Below, in pieces: positions 19,185 to 29,750 of a stretch of 64,000 nucleotides of DNA (positions within the stretch are counted from its first letter, which is position 1; every line of letters starts with the position of its first letter). The stretch comes from Myxococcaceae bacterium (GTDB lineage: Bacteria; Myxococcota; Myxococcia; Myxococcales; Myxococcaceae), in contig DATJVY010000058.1 of NCBI GenBank assembly GCA_035501615.1, positions 1 to 64,000 on the forward strand, written 5' to 3'. The notes below the pieces were generated by a model. It saw nothing but the letters and a program-made list of their open reading frames with translations. It was not told where the DNA came from and searched no databases. Both the position numbers and the translations under genes were made by a program.

Positions 19185-20150
19185 TCAGGGCTCGGCCTTC
19201 AGGCCGGGCACGTGCTTGAGCATGTTCGATGCGTACTTGAAGGCGTCGTCGCAGAAGATCATCACCCCGAAAGGAACCGGGCCCTTCCGCGCGATGCGCC
19301 GGGCTCCCTCGAAGATGAGCCCCGAGCTCGGTCCGGCCCGGAGGCCCTCGTGCCGGGCGAGCTCCACGGCCACCGTGTAGGCGAGCTCGAAGTCGACCTC
19401 GAGGATCTCGTCGACGAGCGCGGGGTCGAAGAGCTGCGAGACGTCGAGCTCGGAGACGTTCCGGATCCCGGGCACGTCGTGACCCGGGGTGGGCTGCACG
19501 GCGACGATCTTCACCGAGGGGTTCTTCCCCTTGAGGAACTTGCTGAGCCCCATCACCGTCCCGCAGGTGCCCAGCGAGGTGAAGACGTGGGTCACCTTCC
19601 CTCCGGTCTGCCGCCAGATCTCCGGGCCGGTCGTTCGAACGTGCGCCTCGACGTTCTGCGGGTTGGCGTACTGGTTGGGCATCACCCAGCGATCGGCCGA
19701 GGCCTTGGCGTGGGTCTTGGCGAGGCCGATGGTGCCGTCCTCGCTCCCCGGGAGCGGACAGAGCGCGTCGGGAACCACCTCCACCTTCGCTCCGAAGGCC
19801 TGGAGGAGAACCTTCTTCTCCTCGGGGACCTTCGACGGGACGACGGCCAGCATCGGGTAGCCCCGTACGCCGGCGAGCGCGGTCAGGCTGAGGCCGGTGT
19901 TCCCGCTGGTGGGCTCGACGATGCCGCGGCCAGGCCTCGAGGGTCCCAGCTCTCCCCTCTTCTCGAGGTCCCGGATCATCGACCACGCGGCCCGGTCCTT
20001 CACCGAGCCGAAGGGGTTCATCCACTCGAGCTTCGCCCAGAGCTGCGAGCCCTCCGGGACCAGCCGGTTCAGCCGGACGATCGGGGAGGGGTTCTCCTCG
20101 TCGGGCAGGAGCTGGGTGATGTCCTCGTAAACGCGTGCGGAGTGGTCCAT
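19185..20150 (-). CDS. cysM: Cysteine synthase, CysM-like (PLP-dependent)
   Basis: 'GSVKDRAAWSMI...EKRGE' and 'TGPEIWRQTGGKVTHFV...GTCGT' closely follow the CysM pattern. Confidence 0.7.
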   Translation of the reverse strand: MDHSARVYEDITQLLPDEENPSPIVRLNRLVPEGSQLWAKLEWMNPFGSVKDRAAWSMIRDLEKRGELGPSRPGRGIVEPTSGNTGLSLTALAGVRGYPMLAVVPSKVPEEKKVLLQAFGAKVEVVPDALCPLPGSEDGTIGLAKTHAKASADRWVMPNQYANPQNVEAHVRTTGPEIWRQTGGKVTHVFTSLGTCGTVMGLSKFLKGKNPSVKIVAVQPTPGHDVPGIRNVSELDVSQLFDPALVDEILEVDFELAYTVAVELARHEGLRAGPSSGLIFEGARRIARKGPVPFGVMIFCDDAFKYASNMLKHVPGLKAEP

Positions 20151-20209
20151 CGGGTCTGGGTCCTCTGACGTGAGAGGGTGCGGGAACGACGGTCTGGGGG
20201 CGAGAGCGA

Positions 20210-20228
20210 CCGGGGGAAGAGCCCCCGG
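20210..20228. promoter_or_regulatory. Perfect palindrome ccggggg-aagag-cccccgg in the cysM leader region
   Basis: A 7-bp stem with a 5-nt loop, about 60 nt upstream of the cysM start. Confidence 0.2.
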
Positions 20229-20413
20229 GCTCGTCAGCCCTTCAACGACAACAACAACAGCGGGGCGCCAGCACGCGGGCGGTCACCCGGACGCTGCAAG
20301 CGCTGGCCGATGGAGGCGGCACGGCCCGGGGACGCTAACGCCCTGCCCTTCGGGATGCCAGGGGTCCCCCGGCAGGCAGTCCAGCGTGGCTGCTCTTCTC
20401 TGCTGCCTGCTTC

Positions 20414-21037
20414 TTGCAGATCTCCCCCGCGGCATTCGTCGCGTCGCGAGGGATCTCGATGGTTTCGGGACTGAGTCGGGTGGGTCAAACCGGATCGCTG
20501 CTGGTGCTGCTGACCCTGCTCCAGGGGGGCAGCGCGTGGGCGCAGGGGACCGTCTGTCACCGCGTCTGGGTGGAGGTGCGGGACAACGACCTGATGGGAA
20601 ACTCCGAGCTGACCGCCCCGCCCCGGACTCGCTACCCGGGGAAGTTCTGCTTCATCGTCTACGACCGGAAGACCGCCCGCTTCTCCCTCGAGCCGGACGA
20701 CACGTCGGCCAGGCCCTTCGCCTCCCTGGTGCTCCGCCGGAGCCGCCGCGACGCGGGGCCGAACCTCCACTCCTATAGCCGCTCGTCGCCGGACTATGAC
20801 GAGGACCGGCTCCGGGGCCGGAACGACTTCCTCTATCTCCGCACCTACCCCAGCGGCGAGCGCCATTACGGAGCAACGGTCACCGACCTCACCGGGAAGA
20901 TCACCCTCAGCTGGAGCGCCACCCTGAGCCCCCGGGGGGCGCGGCTGGACGAGGTGCCGTCGCCAAGAGGTGGCGGGACGGCGACCGCCCAGATGGCGGC
21001 CGGTCCGCCACATCGGCAGCCGCCCGGGCCACAATAG
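20414..21037 (+). CDS. Hypothetical secreted protein
   Basis: ORF with a signal-like segment 'LLVLLTLLQGGSAWAQG'. No recognisable family. Confidence 0.35.
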   Translation: MQISPAAFVASRGISMVSGLSRVGQTGSLLVLLTLLQGGSAWAQGTVCHRVWVEVRDNDLMGNSELTAPPRTRYPGKFCFIVYDRKTARFSLEPDDTSARPFASLVLRRSRRDAGPNLHSYSRSSPDYDEDRLRGRNDFLYLRTYPSGERHYGATVTDLTGKITLSWSATLSPRGARLDEVPSPRGGGTATAQMAAGPPHRQPPGPQ

Positions 21038-21890
21038 CGGGCGGAGGCTGGCCCTGGACGGACATCGCTGGAGAGTCGCTTGGGCGCGGGCCCTCGTGCT
21101 CGCCACCACCCTCGCGGGCTGCGTGAAGCCCGATCCGGCGGCGATCGTCCAGCCCCTCGAGACGACCCTCGGCGCGGCCGTCCCCGCCGCCTACTTCGCG
21201 GCTGTGTCCTGGGCCGCGCTCGACGGTCGGGCCTCTCCTTGCGCGAGGGTGGTCACCCCGGTGGGCTCGGGAGCCACCCTCCGGGTCGAGGTGAGCCTCG
21301 GTCCGGGCTGCCCGCCGATGTTCGGAGCGGACGAGAGCGGAACGGTGGTGGTCACCGGAACCTGGACGCCCCAGCTCGCGACCTTCGTGATGGACTTCAC
21401 CGGAGTGTCCTCCGGCGGGCACCCGATGATCGTCGTGGGGATCGCCGCGATGACGGTCACGCCCTCCGCATCGGGCCACCTGATCGTCGCCTACGGCGAG
21501 GAGGACATCGAGGTGGGAACCACCACCTCTCCGACCGCCGGCGTGAAGCAGGTCGCGTGGGTGGTCGACATCGACACGGCCGGCACTGACGACCCGTCCG
21601 ACGACACGCTCAGCATCTCTGGTGGAGACCAGGTCCTGCTGGCCAGCGGCGGGGCCACTCCCTCCGGGGGCCTCACCCAGGTCGCGGTCGGGGACGCGGT
21701 CTTCGAGCCCGGGTGCCGCAAGAATCCCGGTTCCGGCATCGCCGCGGTCCAGCGCGCCAGCGCCGAGGGCGGCGGCTGGGTGCTCTTCCTGTTCCACGAC
21801 ACCTGCAACGGCACGGCCGACGTGGTCGCCGCGATGGCTCCGTACGAGCTGCTGATCAGCGACTCGCTGCCGCTCGCGTTTCTTCAGTAA
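20970..21890 (+). CDS. Hypothetical lipoprotein
   Basis: Lipobox TLAGC, followed by a Gly/Thr-rich beta-type sequence. Confidence 0.4.
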   Translation: MAGRRPPRWRPVRHIGSRPGHNSGRRLALDGHRWRVAWARALVLATTLAGCVKPDPAAIVQPLETTLGAAVPAAYFAAVSWAALDGRASPCARVVTPVGSGATLRVEVSLGPGCPPMFGADESGTVVVTGTWTPQLATFVMDFTGVSSGGHPMIVVGIAAMTVTPSASGHLIVAYGEEDIEVGTTTSPTAGVKQVAWVVDIDTAGTDDPSDDTLSISGGDQVLLASGGATPSGGLTQVAVGDAVFEPGCRKNPGSGIAAVQRASAEGGGWVLFLFHDTCNGTADVVAAMAPYELLISDSLPLAFLQ

Positions 21891-21934
21891 ATCGGAGGCC
21901 CGCCCGGACGACACTTCCGGGCGGGCCTCCTTGC

Positions 21935-23023
21935 TCACGACTTGGTCTGCAGCTGCAGCTGCGGCAGCGCCCGGTCGCCGAGCACGACGTGCACCTGGCC
22001 CACCTTGGCGGCGAGCTCCTTGTACGCCTCGAGCTCCTTGAGGCGGACGAGCAGCGGGTTCTCGCCGAGCACCTTGGCGGTCTGGGCCATCGAGCGGGTG
22101 GCCGCGGTCTCCTCACGGCGGAGGATGACGTTGGCCTCGGCCTCCTTCTGGGCCTCGATCACCCGGTTGAGCAGGGTCTTCATCTCGCCCGGGAGGACCA
22201 GGTCCTTGACGCCGAGGTCGAGCAGCTCCAGGCCCACGCTCTGCGCACGCTCGCGCACGGTGGGCACCAGCTGCAGGCCGAGCTGCTCCCGCGCTGCGAG
22301 CAGCTCGTCCAGGGTGCGGGTCGACACGGCCTCACGCGCGGCAAGCTGCACCGCTACGTAGAGGACCTCGTCCGGCGCCCGGGCCACGGTGGCCAGGCGG
22401 CGAGCGTCCGCCACCCGCCAGGCCGCGACGAGGTTCAGACGCAGCGACACGCGGTCGCGGGTCATGACCTCCTGCCCGTTCACCGCGAGCTGCTTCTCGC
22501 GGAGGTCGATCACCGAGAGGATGACCTTCCGGCGAACGGCCCACGCGGCGTGACGACCCGGGCCGAGCACGGCCTCGAGCGCCCCGTCCACGTACCGCAG
22601 GACGGTGGTCCCCTCGGCCGCGGTGGCCTCGACGTAGTCGCTGGCCGGCACGAGCGCCTTGACCTCGTCACGGAGCGGCGCGGCCTCGATGCCCGACACG
22701 TCCAGCACCTCGAGGGTCACGGACGGATCGACGGTCCAGACGAGGTGCATTCCCGCCTGGAGCCACTTGATCGGACGTCCCCGGCGGCTCACGACCGCGC
22801 GCTGATCCGGAGTGAGAGTCAGCCGCGCGAGGTCACGGTCCGGGACGAGCGCGAGCTCCTCCGGACGCAGCTCCGCCAGGAGACGCTCGGCGTCGTACCG
22901 GCGCACCTCGACCTCCCGCCAGAGCGGGGTCGGGGTCCGGTGACGTCCCGGACCGAGGTATCGGACCGGGAGCTGGTCGACGAGCACGAGGGCTCGCTCA
23001 TTGAGGGCAACGGTGATTCGCAT
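21935..23023 (-). CDS. SPFH/band-7 (stomatin/HflC-like) protein
   Basis: Internal ATG at 23023 with GGAGG upstream. SPFH core plus a coiled-coil C-terminus. Confidence 0.65.
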   Translation of the reverse strand: MRITVALNERALVLVDQLPVRYLGPGRHRTPTPLWREVEVRRYDAERLLAELRPEELALVPDRDLARLTLTPDQRAVVSRRGRPIKWLQAGMHLVWTVDPSVTLEVLDVSGIEAAPLRDEVKALVPASDYVEATAAEGTTVLRYVDGALEAVLGPGRHAAWAVRRKVILSVIDLREKQLAVNGQEVMTRDRVSLRLNLVAAWRVADARRLATVARAPDEVLYVAVQLAAREAVSTRTLDELLAAREQLGLQLVPTVRERAQSVGLELLDLGVKDLVLPGEMKTLLNRVIEAQKEAEANVILRREETAATRSMAQTAKVLGENPLLVRLKELEAYKELAAKVGQVHVVLGDRALPQLQLQTKS

Positions 23024-23324
23024 GACGACTGACCTCCTTCCTCTTGGGGCGCTGCAACGACAGGCTTCGAAGTGGGCGTCGCGGACGTCGCGACGAAGAA
23101 GAGAGGCGCCGGACGCTCGGGGGCGTCCTGGTCCGTCCCCCTCCGTGCGAAATCGGCCGGCGTGCTCCGGCGCGACGCGCCGACGGTCCGGGGGAGGGCC
23201 GTCACCCGGCGGCGGTGACGTTCGCTCTTGGGATGACCGGGGCGTGGCGGTCGGTGCTGGCCGGTCGCCTCGCGCGGCCGGAGTCGGACGCCGGCTCGCG
23301 CCGGCACCTCGGTGACGTGTCCAA

Positions 23325-23400
23325 CGTCGGTTGGGGGAGTCGAACCCCTGGCTTGGATTGCCAGTCCAGTGCTCCTTTGAAGAGCGGTCGAGAACCGTCT
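23325..23400 (-). other. Degenerate tRNA-like element: GCTC/GAGC D-stem, anticodon-like arm and a GGGG-TTCGACT-CCCC T-arm, but no acceptor pairing
   Basis: Minus strand reads ...GCTCTTCAAAGGAGCACTGGACTGGCAATCCAAGCCAGGGGTTCGACTCCCCCAACCGACG. Confidence 0.3.
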
Positions 23401-24588
23401 GCGGCCGTTCCCATCGCCGAGCGGAGCCCGATGTGCGGCAAGCCGAAGGTGCGAGCCCGGGTGGAGGACGCCCGCGCTGTGAACGCGGGTGCTTCCCGGA
23501 TGCACTGCGGCGCCGCTGGGGCGCACCGCCATGTCCCTGAAGCTCGAAGGCCGGATTCCCTCGCGAGAACCCGGCCTCCGGAAGCTGCAGCCTCAAACGA
23601 TCAGCCTGAGACTGGCTCTCCCGGAAGTCGGAGGTACGTGGGGAACACGCGACCGGACGCATGCCCGGAGCGGTTCAGCCTCCTCGACAAGCAATCGATC
23701 GCGGTGCGTGCTCACGGCGGACCTCACGAAAGCCGGGCGAAGTAGACCCGAAACGAATTTCTGTCAAGCGGGGGTCCCGGTTCGCTCACGGTCCGCAGCC
23801 CACCGTGTGCACAACGTCCCGGAAGGACACGACCCAGTCCCCGCGCGCGACCGCGACCACCACCACCGGCCTGGTGAGCGCGGCGGTGGTGACGCAGCCC
23901 TCACCAGGCCGCGTCTCCACGACCTCGATGCGCGGGACGTCCCCCTCGGCGACGACCTCGGGAATGTCGACGGCGTAGCCACCGCTGAGCGGTGTCCCGA
24001 GGCCCGGGTTGCGCGGAGCCGCAGCCGGAGGCGGCGACCCAACACGAGCGCCAGAGTGCACCGTGTCGTCGTGAACCACATCGAGGAGAGGGACCGCGAG
24101 GAGACCCGTTCGGGCAAGCCCCTTCCCTCCTCCGGCGACTCCCGTCCCAAGCGAGTTGACCCGACCGGCCGAGGTCGCCCCGCGAGAGCGAGTCGACGGC
24201 AAGATGTCGTGACTCTTTCCCGGACAAGTCGGTGACGAGAGCGTTCGCGCGCTCGCTGCAAGCGACTGGCGTCTGCGCCGATGCGGTCGATCCGGATCTC
24301 CCGGCGCGTTCACCTCGGGCACCGCGTGGGAGCCGAGCGTTCCGCGAGCGGCAGGAGCTCCGCGGCGAACGACACGCAACGCCCCGAGGCGGATCACTTC
24401 TCGCGCGAATTCAGCGGATCAGCGCGGCGCGCGCTCCGGTGACGATTTGGAGCGACGTCGATGACGGCGCGGTGGCGTGCAACATGTCCGCTCCGCTGCG
24501 CACCGCTCGTTGAACGCGGGTTCCGCTGCACGGACCATCCGCGCCGCTTCAATCCTGCCGCGGCCGAGAGGTCCGCAAGGAGTCATGC

Positions 24589-26151
24589 ATGTCGTCTCGA
24601 AGTGTCCTCACCCTGCTCGCGGCCCCGCTGGCCGCGCTGACGCTCGGAACGGCCCCGGCCGCTCGCGCGGACGTCGACAGTCCGATCCGTCACGTGGTGG
24701 TGATCTTCCAGGAGAACGTCTCCTTCGATCACTACTTCGGCACCTATCCGAACGCTCTCAACCCCAAGGGGGAACCGCCGTTTCACGCGCGGAGCGGCAC
24801 CCCGACCGTGAACGGCTACACGCCGGCGCTCCTGCTCGCCAATCCCAACCAGGTGAACCCGTTCCGGTTCCCCCGGTCGCAGCCCGCCACCTGCGATCAG
24901 GATCACGACTACACCGCCGAGCAGAAGGCCTACGACAAGGGAGCCATGGATCTGTTCGTGGAGACCCTCGGCGACGGCCCGGGCACGGACGGGAACCTGA
25001 TCTGCAAGGCGACCGACGTGATGGGCTACTACGACGGGAACACGGTGACCGCGCTCTGGAACTACGCGCAGCACTTCGCGATGAGCGACAACAGCTACTC
25101 GGACACCTTCGGCCCCTCGTCGCCCGGGGCGATCAACCTCGTCGCCGGGAACACTGCGGGCGCCAGCGCGCCCAAGGGGGGAGCCGACGCGAACCTCGCC
25201 GACGGTTCGGTCAGCGGGGATGCGCGCCCCTACCTCGACGACTGCTCGCCCGGCGGCGGCCAGAGCGCAGGTCAGCTCGTCCTCAGCGGCCGGAACGTCG
25301 GGAACCTCCTCAACGACAAGCACGTGAGCTGGGGCTGGTTCCAGGGCGGCTTCCGGGCGACGTCCCGCGACGCCAGCGGCAACGCGACCTGCGGCGCCAG
25401 CCACACCGGCAGCGACGGGCTGGCGAAGGGCGACTACATCCCGCACCACGAGCCCTTCCAGTACTTCGCCAGCACCACCAACCAGCATCACCTACCCCCG
25501 AGCTCGGTTCACCAGATCGGCTGGAGCGACCAGGCGAACCACCAGTACGACATCGCCGACTGGTTCGACGCGCTGGCCGCGGGCAACTTCCCGGCGGTCA
25601 GCTTCCTCAAGGCGCCGGGCTTCCAGGACGGCCATGCCGGCTATTCCGACCCGCTCACCGAGCAGGCCTTCCTCGTGCAGGTCCTGAACACGCTGCAGAA
25701 GCGCTCGGACTGGAGGCACACCGCGGTCATCATCCTCTACGACGACTCGGACGGCTGGTACGACCACCAGATGGGCCCGCTGGTGAGCGCGTCGGCGACC
25801 GACAAGGACGCGCTCGCGGAGCCGGGGCTCTGCGGCAACCGGAAGTCCGGCGCCCCGGCCGGAACCAACGGGCGCTGCGGCGTCGGCCCGCGCCAGCCGC
25901 TGCTGGTCATCTCGCCGTGGGCGAAGAAGAACTTCGTCGACCACACCTTCACCCAGCAGTCGTCGGTGCTGCGCTTCATCGAGGACAACTTCGGCCTCGG
26001 GCAGCTGGGAGGAGGCTCGTTCGACGCGGAGGCCGCCTCCCTCTGGCAGATGTTCGACTTCCGCCAGAGCGGTGAGCACCGCCTCTTCCTCGACCCGTCC
26101 AGCGGGCAGCCCATCGGGCACGACCGGGACGGCGACGGCGACGACGACTGA
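24589..26151 (+). CDS. Secreted phosphoesterase-family protein (phospholipase C / AcpA acid phosphatase family)
   Basis: Signal peptide and the hallmark '[20 protein letters not shown]' motif. Confidence 0.7.
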   Translation: MSSRSVLTLLAAPLAALTLGTAPAARADVDSPIRHVVVIFQENVSFDHYFGTYPNALNPKGEPPFHARSGTPTVNGYTPALLLANPNQVNPFRFPRSQPATCDQDHDYTAEQKAYDKGAMDLFVETLGDGPGTDGNLICKATDVMGYYDGNTVTALWNYAQHFAMSDNSYSDTFGPSSPGAINLVAGNTAGASAPKGGADANLADGSVSGDARPYLDDCSPGGGQSAGQLVLSGRNVGNLLNDKHVSWGWFQGGFRATSRDASGNATCGASHTGSDGLAKGDYIPHHEPFQYFASTTNQHHLPPSSVHQIGWSDQANHQYDIADWFDALAAGNFPAVSFLKAPGFQDGHAGYSDPLTEQAFLVQVLNTLQKRSDWRHTAVIILYDDSDGWYDHQMGPLVSASATDKDALAEPGLCGNRKSGAPAGTNGRCGVGPRQPLLVISPWAKKNFVDHTFTQQSSVLRFIEDNFGLGQLGGGSFDAEAASLWQMFDFRQSGEHRLFLDPSSGQPIGHDRDGDGDDD

Positions 26152-26375
26152 CGAATCGACGTCACGGGGTCGCTGGCCGGGGATGCGCTCCCCGCGCCGG
26201 CGGCCCCGGACGAGCACCGAAGCCCGTCGGGAGAGGGTGCCAGGCGACCTACATCGATTCGCATCACCCGGTGACGGACCGGACGGCCTCCCCTCAATAC
26301 CCGGACGACAGCGCGTCCGGCGCGGGGCGCGCGGTCGGTGGCCGCGATCGGGGTGCGGCCGGAGGTCGTCTCGAC

Positions 26376-26564
26376 ATGAAGCTCTTCTCCTTCGTCGTCT
26401 GGCTGGCCTGGGGCGCGATCCTCGCCCGGGTGCTCCTCGCGCCCTTCTGGGGCATGAGCGTGAACCAGGGGATGTTCCTGCTCCTGGTGGGCGCGCCCGC
26501 GGTGGGCGTGCTCTCCGGGCTCGGCTGGCTCTTCCGGCACACCGGACCTTCGCTGCGGTCCTGA
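26376..26564 (+). CDS. Small membrane protein, 62 aa
   Basis: ATG with GGAGG 10 nt upstream. Two hydrophobic helices. Confidence 0.4.
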   Translation: MKLFSFVVWLAWGAILARVLLAPFWGMSVNQGMFLLLVGAPAVGVLSGLGWLFRHTGPSLRS

Positions 26565-26574
26565 GGTGCCGGCC

Positions 26575-27579
26575 TCAGTTGCAGGTGGCGGGATCGGTCG
26601 TCACGCAGGTCCCGGTCGTTCCTCCCACGCTGCTCAGCACGCAGCGCGAGGGCGTGCTGCAGGTCGGGCCGTTGGACTCGTCACAGCCCGTTCCGTCGGC
26701 GGCGGGAGCGACGCAGATTCCGGCCCTGGCCGAGCCTGGCTTCTGGCAGAAGGCGCCGGCGGTGCAGTCGATGACGCCGCCGTCGATGGTCCCGCAGGCG
26801 AAGGTGGCCGCCGCGTTCGCGACCTGTGCACAGACCCGACCCTGGGGGACGTTGCAGTAGAGTCCCAGGCGGCCGTCGCACCGGGTACCTCCGTCGGTGA
26901 GGTCGCAGGAGGCGCCCACCGCGGTGGCCAGAGCCACGCACTTCCCATCGAGGGTGTTGGTGTTGCCGATGCAGGTCAATCCGGGCGCGCAGGCCGAGTT
27001 GTCGTCGCACGCGCCCCCCGCCCCGATCGGAACCTCGCAGAAGAGCGTCTTCGCGTCACAGACCAGCCCCGGGCCACAGGTGTTGTTCACGCACGAGGCT
27101 CCCACCACGGGTGAAGGCGCACAGGTCCCGCAGCTGGCCGTCTTGGGGACGAGGCAGTACGCGGTGGCGCACTGACCGCTGACCGCGCAGGGGCTCCCCG
27201 CGTCGCGGGGGCCGACCGGCGGCTGGCAGGCCGGGGGCACGTTACCCAGCTCGAAGTCGCTGCAGGAGGTGGCAGGAAGCGCCGTCGAGCAGTCCTCGGT
27301 GTGCCCGGGCGTGTTGGCGGTCTGCGGCGCGGACAGGTTCGTCACGCAGGTCGCCGACTGCCGCGACTCGCAGGTGGCCAGATCCCCGTAGGTGTTCACG
27401 ATGCCCTGGGGATTGCACTCCTGCATCTTCTGACAGCGCACCGCAGCAAGGTCGGCGCAGGCCTGGGCGGGCGTGACGTTCGCGCTGCTCGAGCTGTTCG
27501 AGCAGGCGGCGGACACGACCACCGCCCCCGCACCCAGAGCCGTGAACACGACCAGAACATGGTGAAGCTCTCGACGCAT
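26575..27579 (-). CDS. Myxococcus-type cysteine-rich repeat secreted protein
   Basis: Signal peptide, then more than 40 Cys in recurring C..G..C / CxxxxxC spacing. Confidence 0.6.
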   Translation of the reverse strand: MRRELHHVLVVFTALGAGAVVVSAACSNSSSSANVTPAQACADLAAVRCQKMQECNPQGIVNTYGDLATCESRQSATCVTNLSAPQTANTPGHTEDCSTALPATSCSDFELGNVPPACQPPVGPRDAGSPCAVSGQCATAYCLVPKTASCGTCAPSPVVGASCVNNTCGPGLVCDAKTLFCEVPIGAGGACDDNSACAPGLTCIGNTNTLDGKCVALATAVGASCDLTDGGTRCDGRLGLYCNVPQGRVCAQVANAAATFACGTIDGGVIDCTAGAFCQKPGSARAGICVAPAADGTGCDESNGPTCSTPSRCVLSSVGGTTGTCVTTDPATCN

Positions 27580-27592
27580 CCTTCTCTCCCTT

Positions 27593-28348
27593 TCAAAGAA
27601 CGAACCCGATCGAGCCGCGGATCAGCAGGCCCGTCGTTCCACCACTGAAGACCGGGCCTGCGGTGAGGTTCAGCCGGCAAGGCCCGAAGCCGCTGAAGAC
27701 GAGGGTGGGACCGACGTACTGGCGACCGCCGGGGCCGACGTCGACGTCGGTCCCCGCGATGCCCTCCAGCTCCTCGCCCAGGTACTCCACGCCGACCTGC
27801 GCCCAGCGCGCGACCCGCACCAGCGCGCCAACCGAGAGGTAGAGGTCCACCGGGTCCCGGTCGGCGTGGAAGTAGTGCGCTGCGCGAACGTTGGCCGTCA
27901 GCCGGACCCGGCCGATCTCGCCGGAGATCATCAGGCCCATCTCCGCCGCCTGCTGCAGCTGCCAGTCGACCTGGTAGCCACCTGCCAGGCTGAGCCAGAC
28001 CGGAGCTCCACCCGGCGCATCGAGGAGCTTGACGCGGAGCTCGGCCCGACCACTGCCGAACCCCACCCCGTTCCCGGGCGTCTGGCCAAACGAGACGAGC
28101 CCGTCGAGCTCCACCGGGTCCCACAACCCGACCGAGGCCGCGACCCAGGCATCGACCACCTGCGCGTCCTGGGGCCGCGGCGTCAGCCCCTCGGGTGTCG
28201 AGTCGTAGCCGCCCCCGGTCTCGGCGGCGACCCGTCCCTGCCTCAGGGTCTGCGCGTCGGTGGAGAGCACGAAGGGTTGCCAATCCTCCGCCACCTGAGC
28301 CGAAGCAGGGAGGGTCAGGGCGAGGAACGTGGAAAGAGCGAGCCGCAT
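27593..28348 (-). CDS. Putative outer-membrane beta-barrel protein
   Basis: ATG at 28348 with GGAGG upstream. Signal peptide. Alternating amphipathic strands with a C-terminal aromatic residue. Confidence 0.45.
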   Translation of the reverse strand: MRLALSTFLALTLPASAQVAEDWQPFVLSTDAQTLRQGRVAAETGGGYDSTPEGLTPRPQDAQVVDAWVAASVGLWDPVELDGLVSFGQTPGNGVGFGSGRAELRVKLLDAPGGAPVWLSLAGGYQVDWQLQQAAEMGLMISGEIGRVRLTANVRAAHYFHADRDPVDLYLSVGALVRVARWAQVGVEYLGEELEGIAGTDVDVGPGGRQYVGPTLVFSGFGPCRLNLTAGPVFSGGTTGLLIRGSIGFVL

Positions 28349-28367
28349 CGTCGGTCCTCCTCGCGCC

Positions 28368-29750
28368 TCACGGTCCGGCGTCGGTGGGCAGCAGCAGCGG
28401 TGGGAGTGGCGCCTGCGCGAAGTCGAAGTCCGACCGGAGGTCGCCGAGGATGGACAGCTTCTCGCGCACCGAGATGCGGGGGTCGGGGCGCCCATCGGTG
28501 GCCGGATCGAGCCGCTCGCTCCCGAGGAAGACGTCCTCGATGAACTTCACGTAGGCGTCGAAGCTGAGGATCTGATGGTCGATGTACCCCGCCTTGGCCC
28601 AGGGGCTGATGACCATCGCGGGCACGCGAAGCCCGTACCCGTTGAAGTCGACCACCGGCGGTGGGACGTGGTCGTAGAAACCGCCCCAGTCGTCCCAGGT
28701 CAGGAAGATGACCATGCTGTTCCATTCGGGGCTCTGCATCAGCGTGTTGATGATCGCCGTGACGTAGGCCTGGCCCACGCTGACCCTGGCCGGCGGATGC
28801 TCGCTGACCTCGGAGTCGGGGATGATCCAGGCCACTGCCGGGAGCTGGCCGTTCTTCACGTCCACGTAGAACTGATCGAACGGCACCACGTTGCCTAGCT
28901 GCCCGTCGCCCTTGACGGTGTCGAAGTTCGGAAGCGGGTTCCAGATGCTCGGGACCGCGGCGAGCTGCGTCTGCGGCACGCAGGTGTCCTCCCCATCGGG
29001 CCGGCAGTCGGGCTCGGTTCCCTCGGCGAGGTAGTAGCGCCAGCTCACCTTCGCGCGGTGGAGCAGGTAGGTGAGGTCGGTCCAGGCATAGGGGCCGGTC
29101 GCCGCCGGGCTCGGCGTCTCGAGCGCGTTCACGCAGCTCGTCGGGTCCCCGGCCCGGGTGCAGCGGGCCGACCACTCCGAGACCAGGTAGAGATGCGCCG
29201 GCTGGCTCCACGAGGCGTTGGACTCGAACATCCGGTCCTGGAGCACGAAGGCCCGGGCGTATGCCCAGTAGTTCGGAATCTCGCGCTCGTCGTGCCAGCC
29301 CACCGCATCGATGGGCTTCCCGTTGAGGCAGGCGGGGTTGTTGGGGTCGGTGCAGCCCGACTGCGCTCCCTGTGCGGACACCAGGAACCCGTCCATCGCG
29401 CCGGCGTCGACGCACTCGATGGCGGCGGCCTCCCCGTGCGGCCCTCCGCCGTTCACGTCGTTGGGATCGTGAAAGGGACGGACGCACGGGCCGCCATCCC
29501 GCTGCGGCAGGCAGGCCAGGGGGACGCCGGCGTCGTCCATCGGGATCCCGTCCGCTCCGGGGAAGGTCCCGAAGTAGTGATCGAACGAGCGGTTCTCCTG
29601 CATGATGATGACGACGTGCTTGATCGGCCCCCACCCTGGGCCGCCGTCGCTCCCACCATCGGTCGTTCCGCCGTCGCTCGCGCTCTCGGTGTGCGTGCAG
29701 CCCGCGATCGCGCCGAGGGCAACGAGCGAGAGACATCGAAGAGCGCGCAT
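28368..29750 (-). CDS. Phosphoesterase-family lipoprotein (PLC / AcpA family), second copy
   Basis: ATG at 29750 with GGAGG upstream. Lipobox IAGC. Motif '[20 protein letters not shown]'. Confidence 0.65.
   Translation of the reverse strand: MRALRCLSLVALGAIAGCTHTESASDGGTTDGGSDGGPGWGPIKHVVIIMQENRSFDHYFGTFPGADGIPMDDAGVPLACLPQRDGGPCVRPFHDPNDVNGGGPHGEAAAIECVDAGAMDGFLVSAQGAQSGCTDPNNPACLNGKPIDAVGWHDEREIPNYWAYARAFVLQDRMFESNASWSQPAHLYLVSEWSARCTRAGDPTSCVNALETPSPAATGPYAWTDLTYLLHRAKVSWRYYLAEGTEPDCRPDGEDTCVPQTQLAAVPSIWNPLPNFDTVKGDGQLGNVVPFDQFYVDVKNGQLPAVAWIIPDSEVSEHPPARVSVGQAYVTAIINTLMQSPEWNSMVIFLTWDDWGGFYDHVPPPVVDFNGYGLRVPAMVISPWAKAGYIDHQILSFDAYVKFIEDVFLGSERLDPATDGRPDPRISVREKLSILGDLRSDFDFAQAPLPPLLLPTDAGP

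Noticed and set aside
23786-24397. ORF as an NfeD partner of the SPFH protein.
   Set aside because: No N-terminal TM helices. Arg-rich junk-like N-terminus. 760 nt away from the SPFH gene. Only a faint C-terminal OB-like pattern.
23030-24590. tmRNA (ssrA) or RNase P RNA hidden in the gene-poor 1.5 kb, suggested by the T-arm-like GGGGTTCGACTCCCC and a GAGAACCCGGCC stretch.
   Set aside because: No 5' GGGG...GGNUUCGAC tmRNA head and no tag reading frame ending in GCN-GCN-stop. No RNase P P4 'GGAAAGUCCGG'. An acceptor stem cannot be paired by hand.
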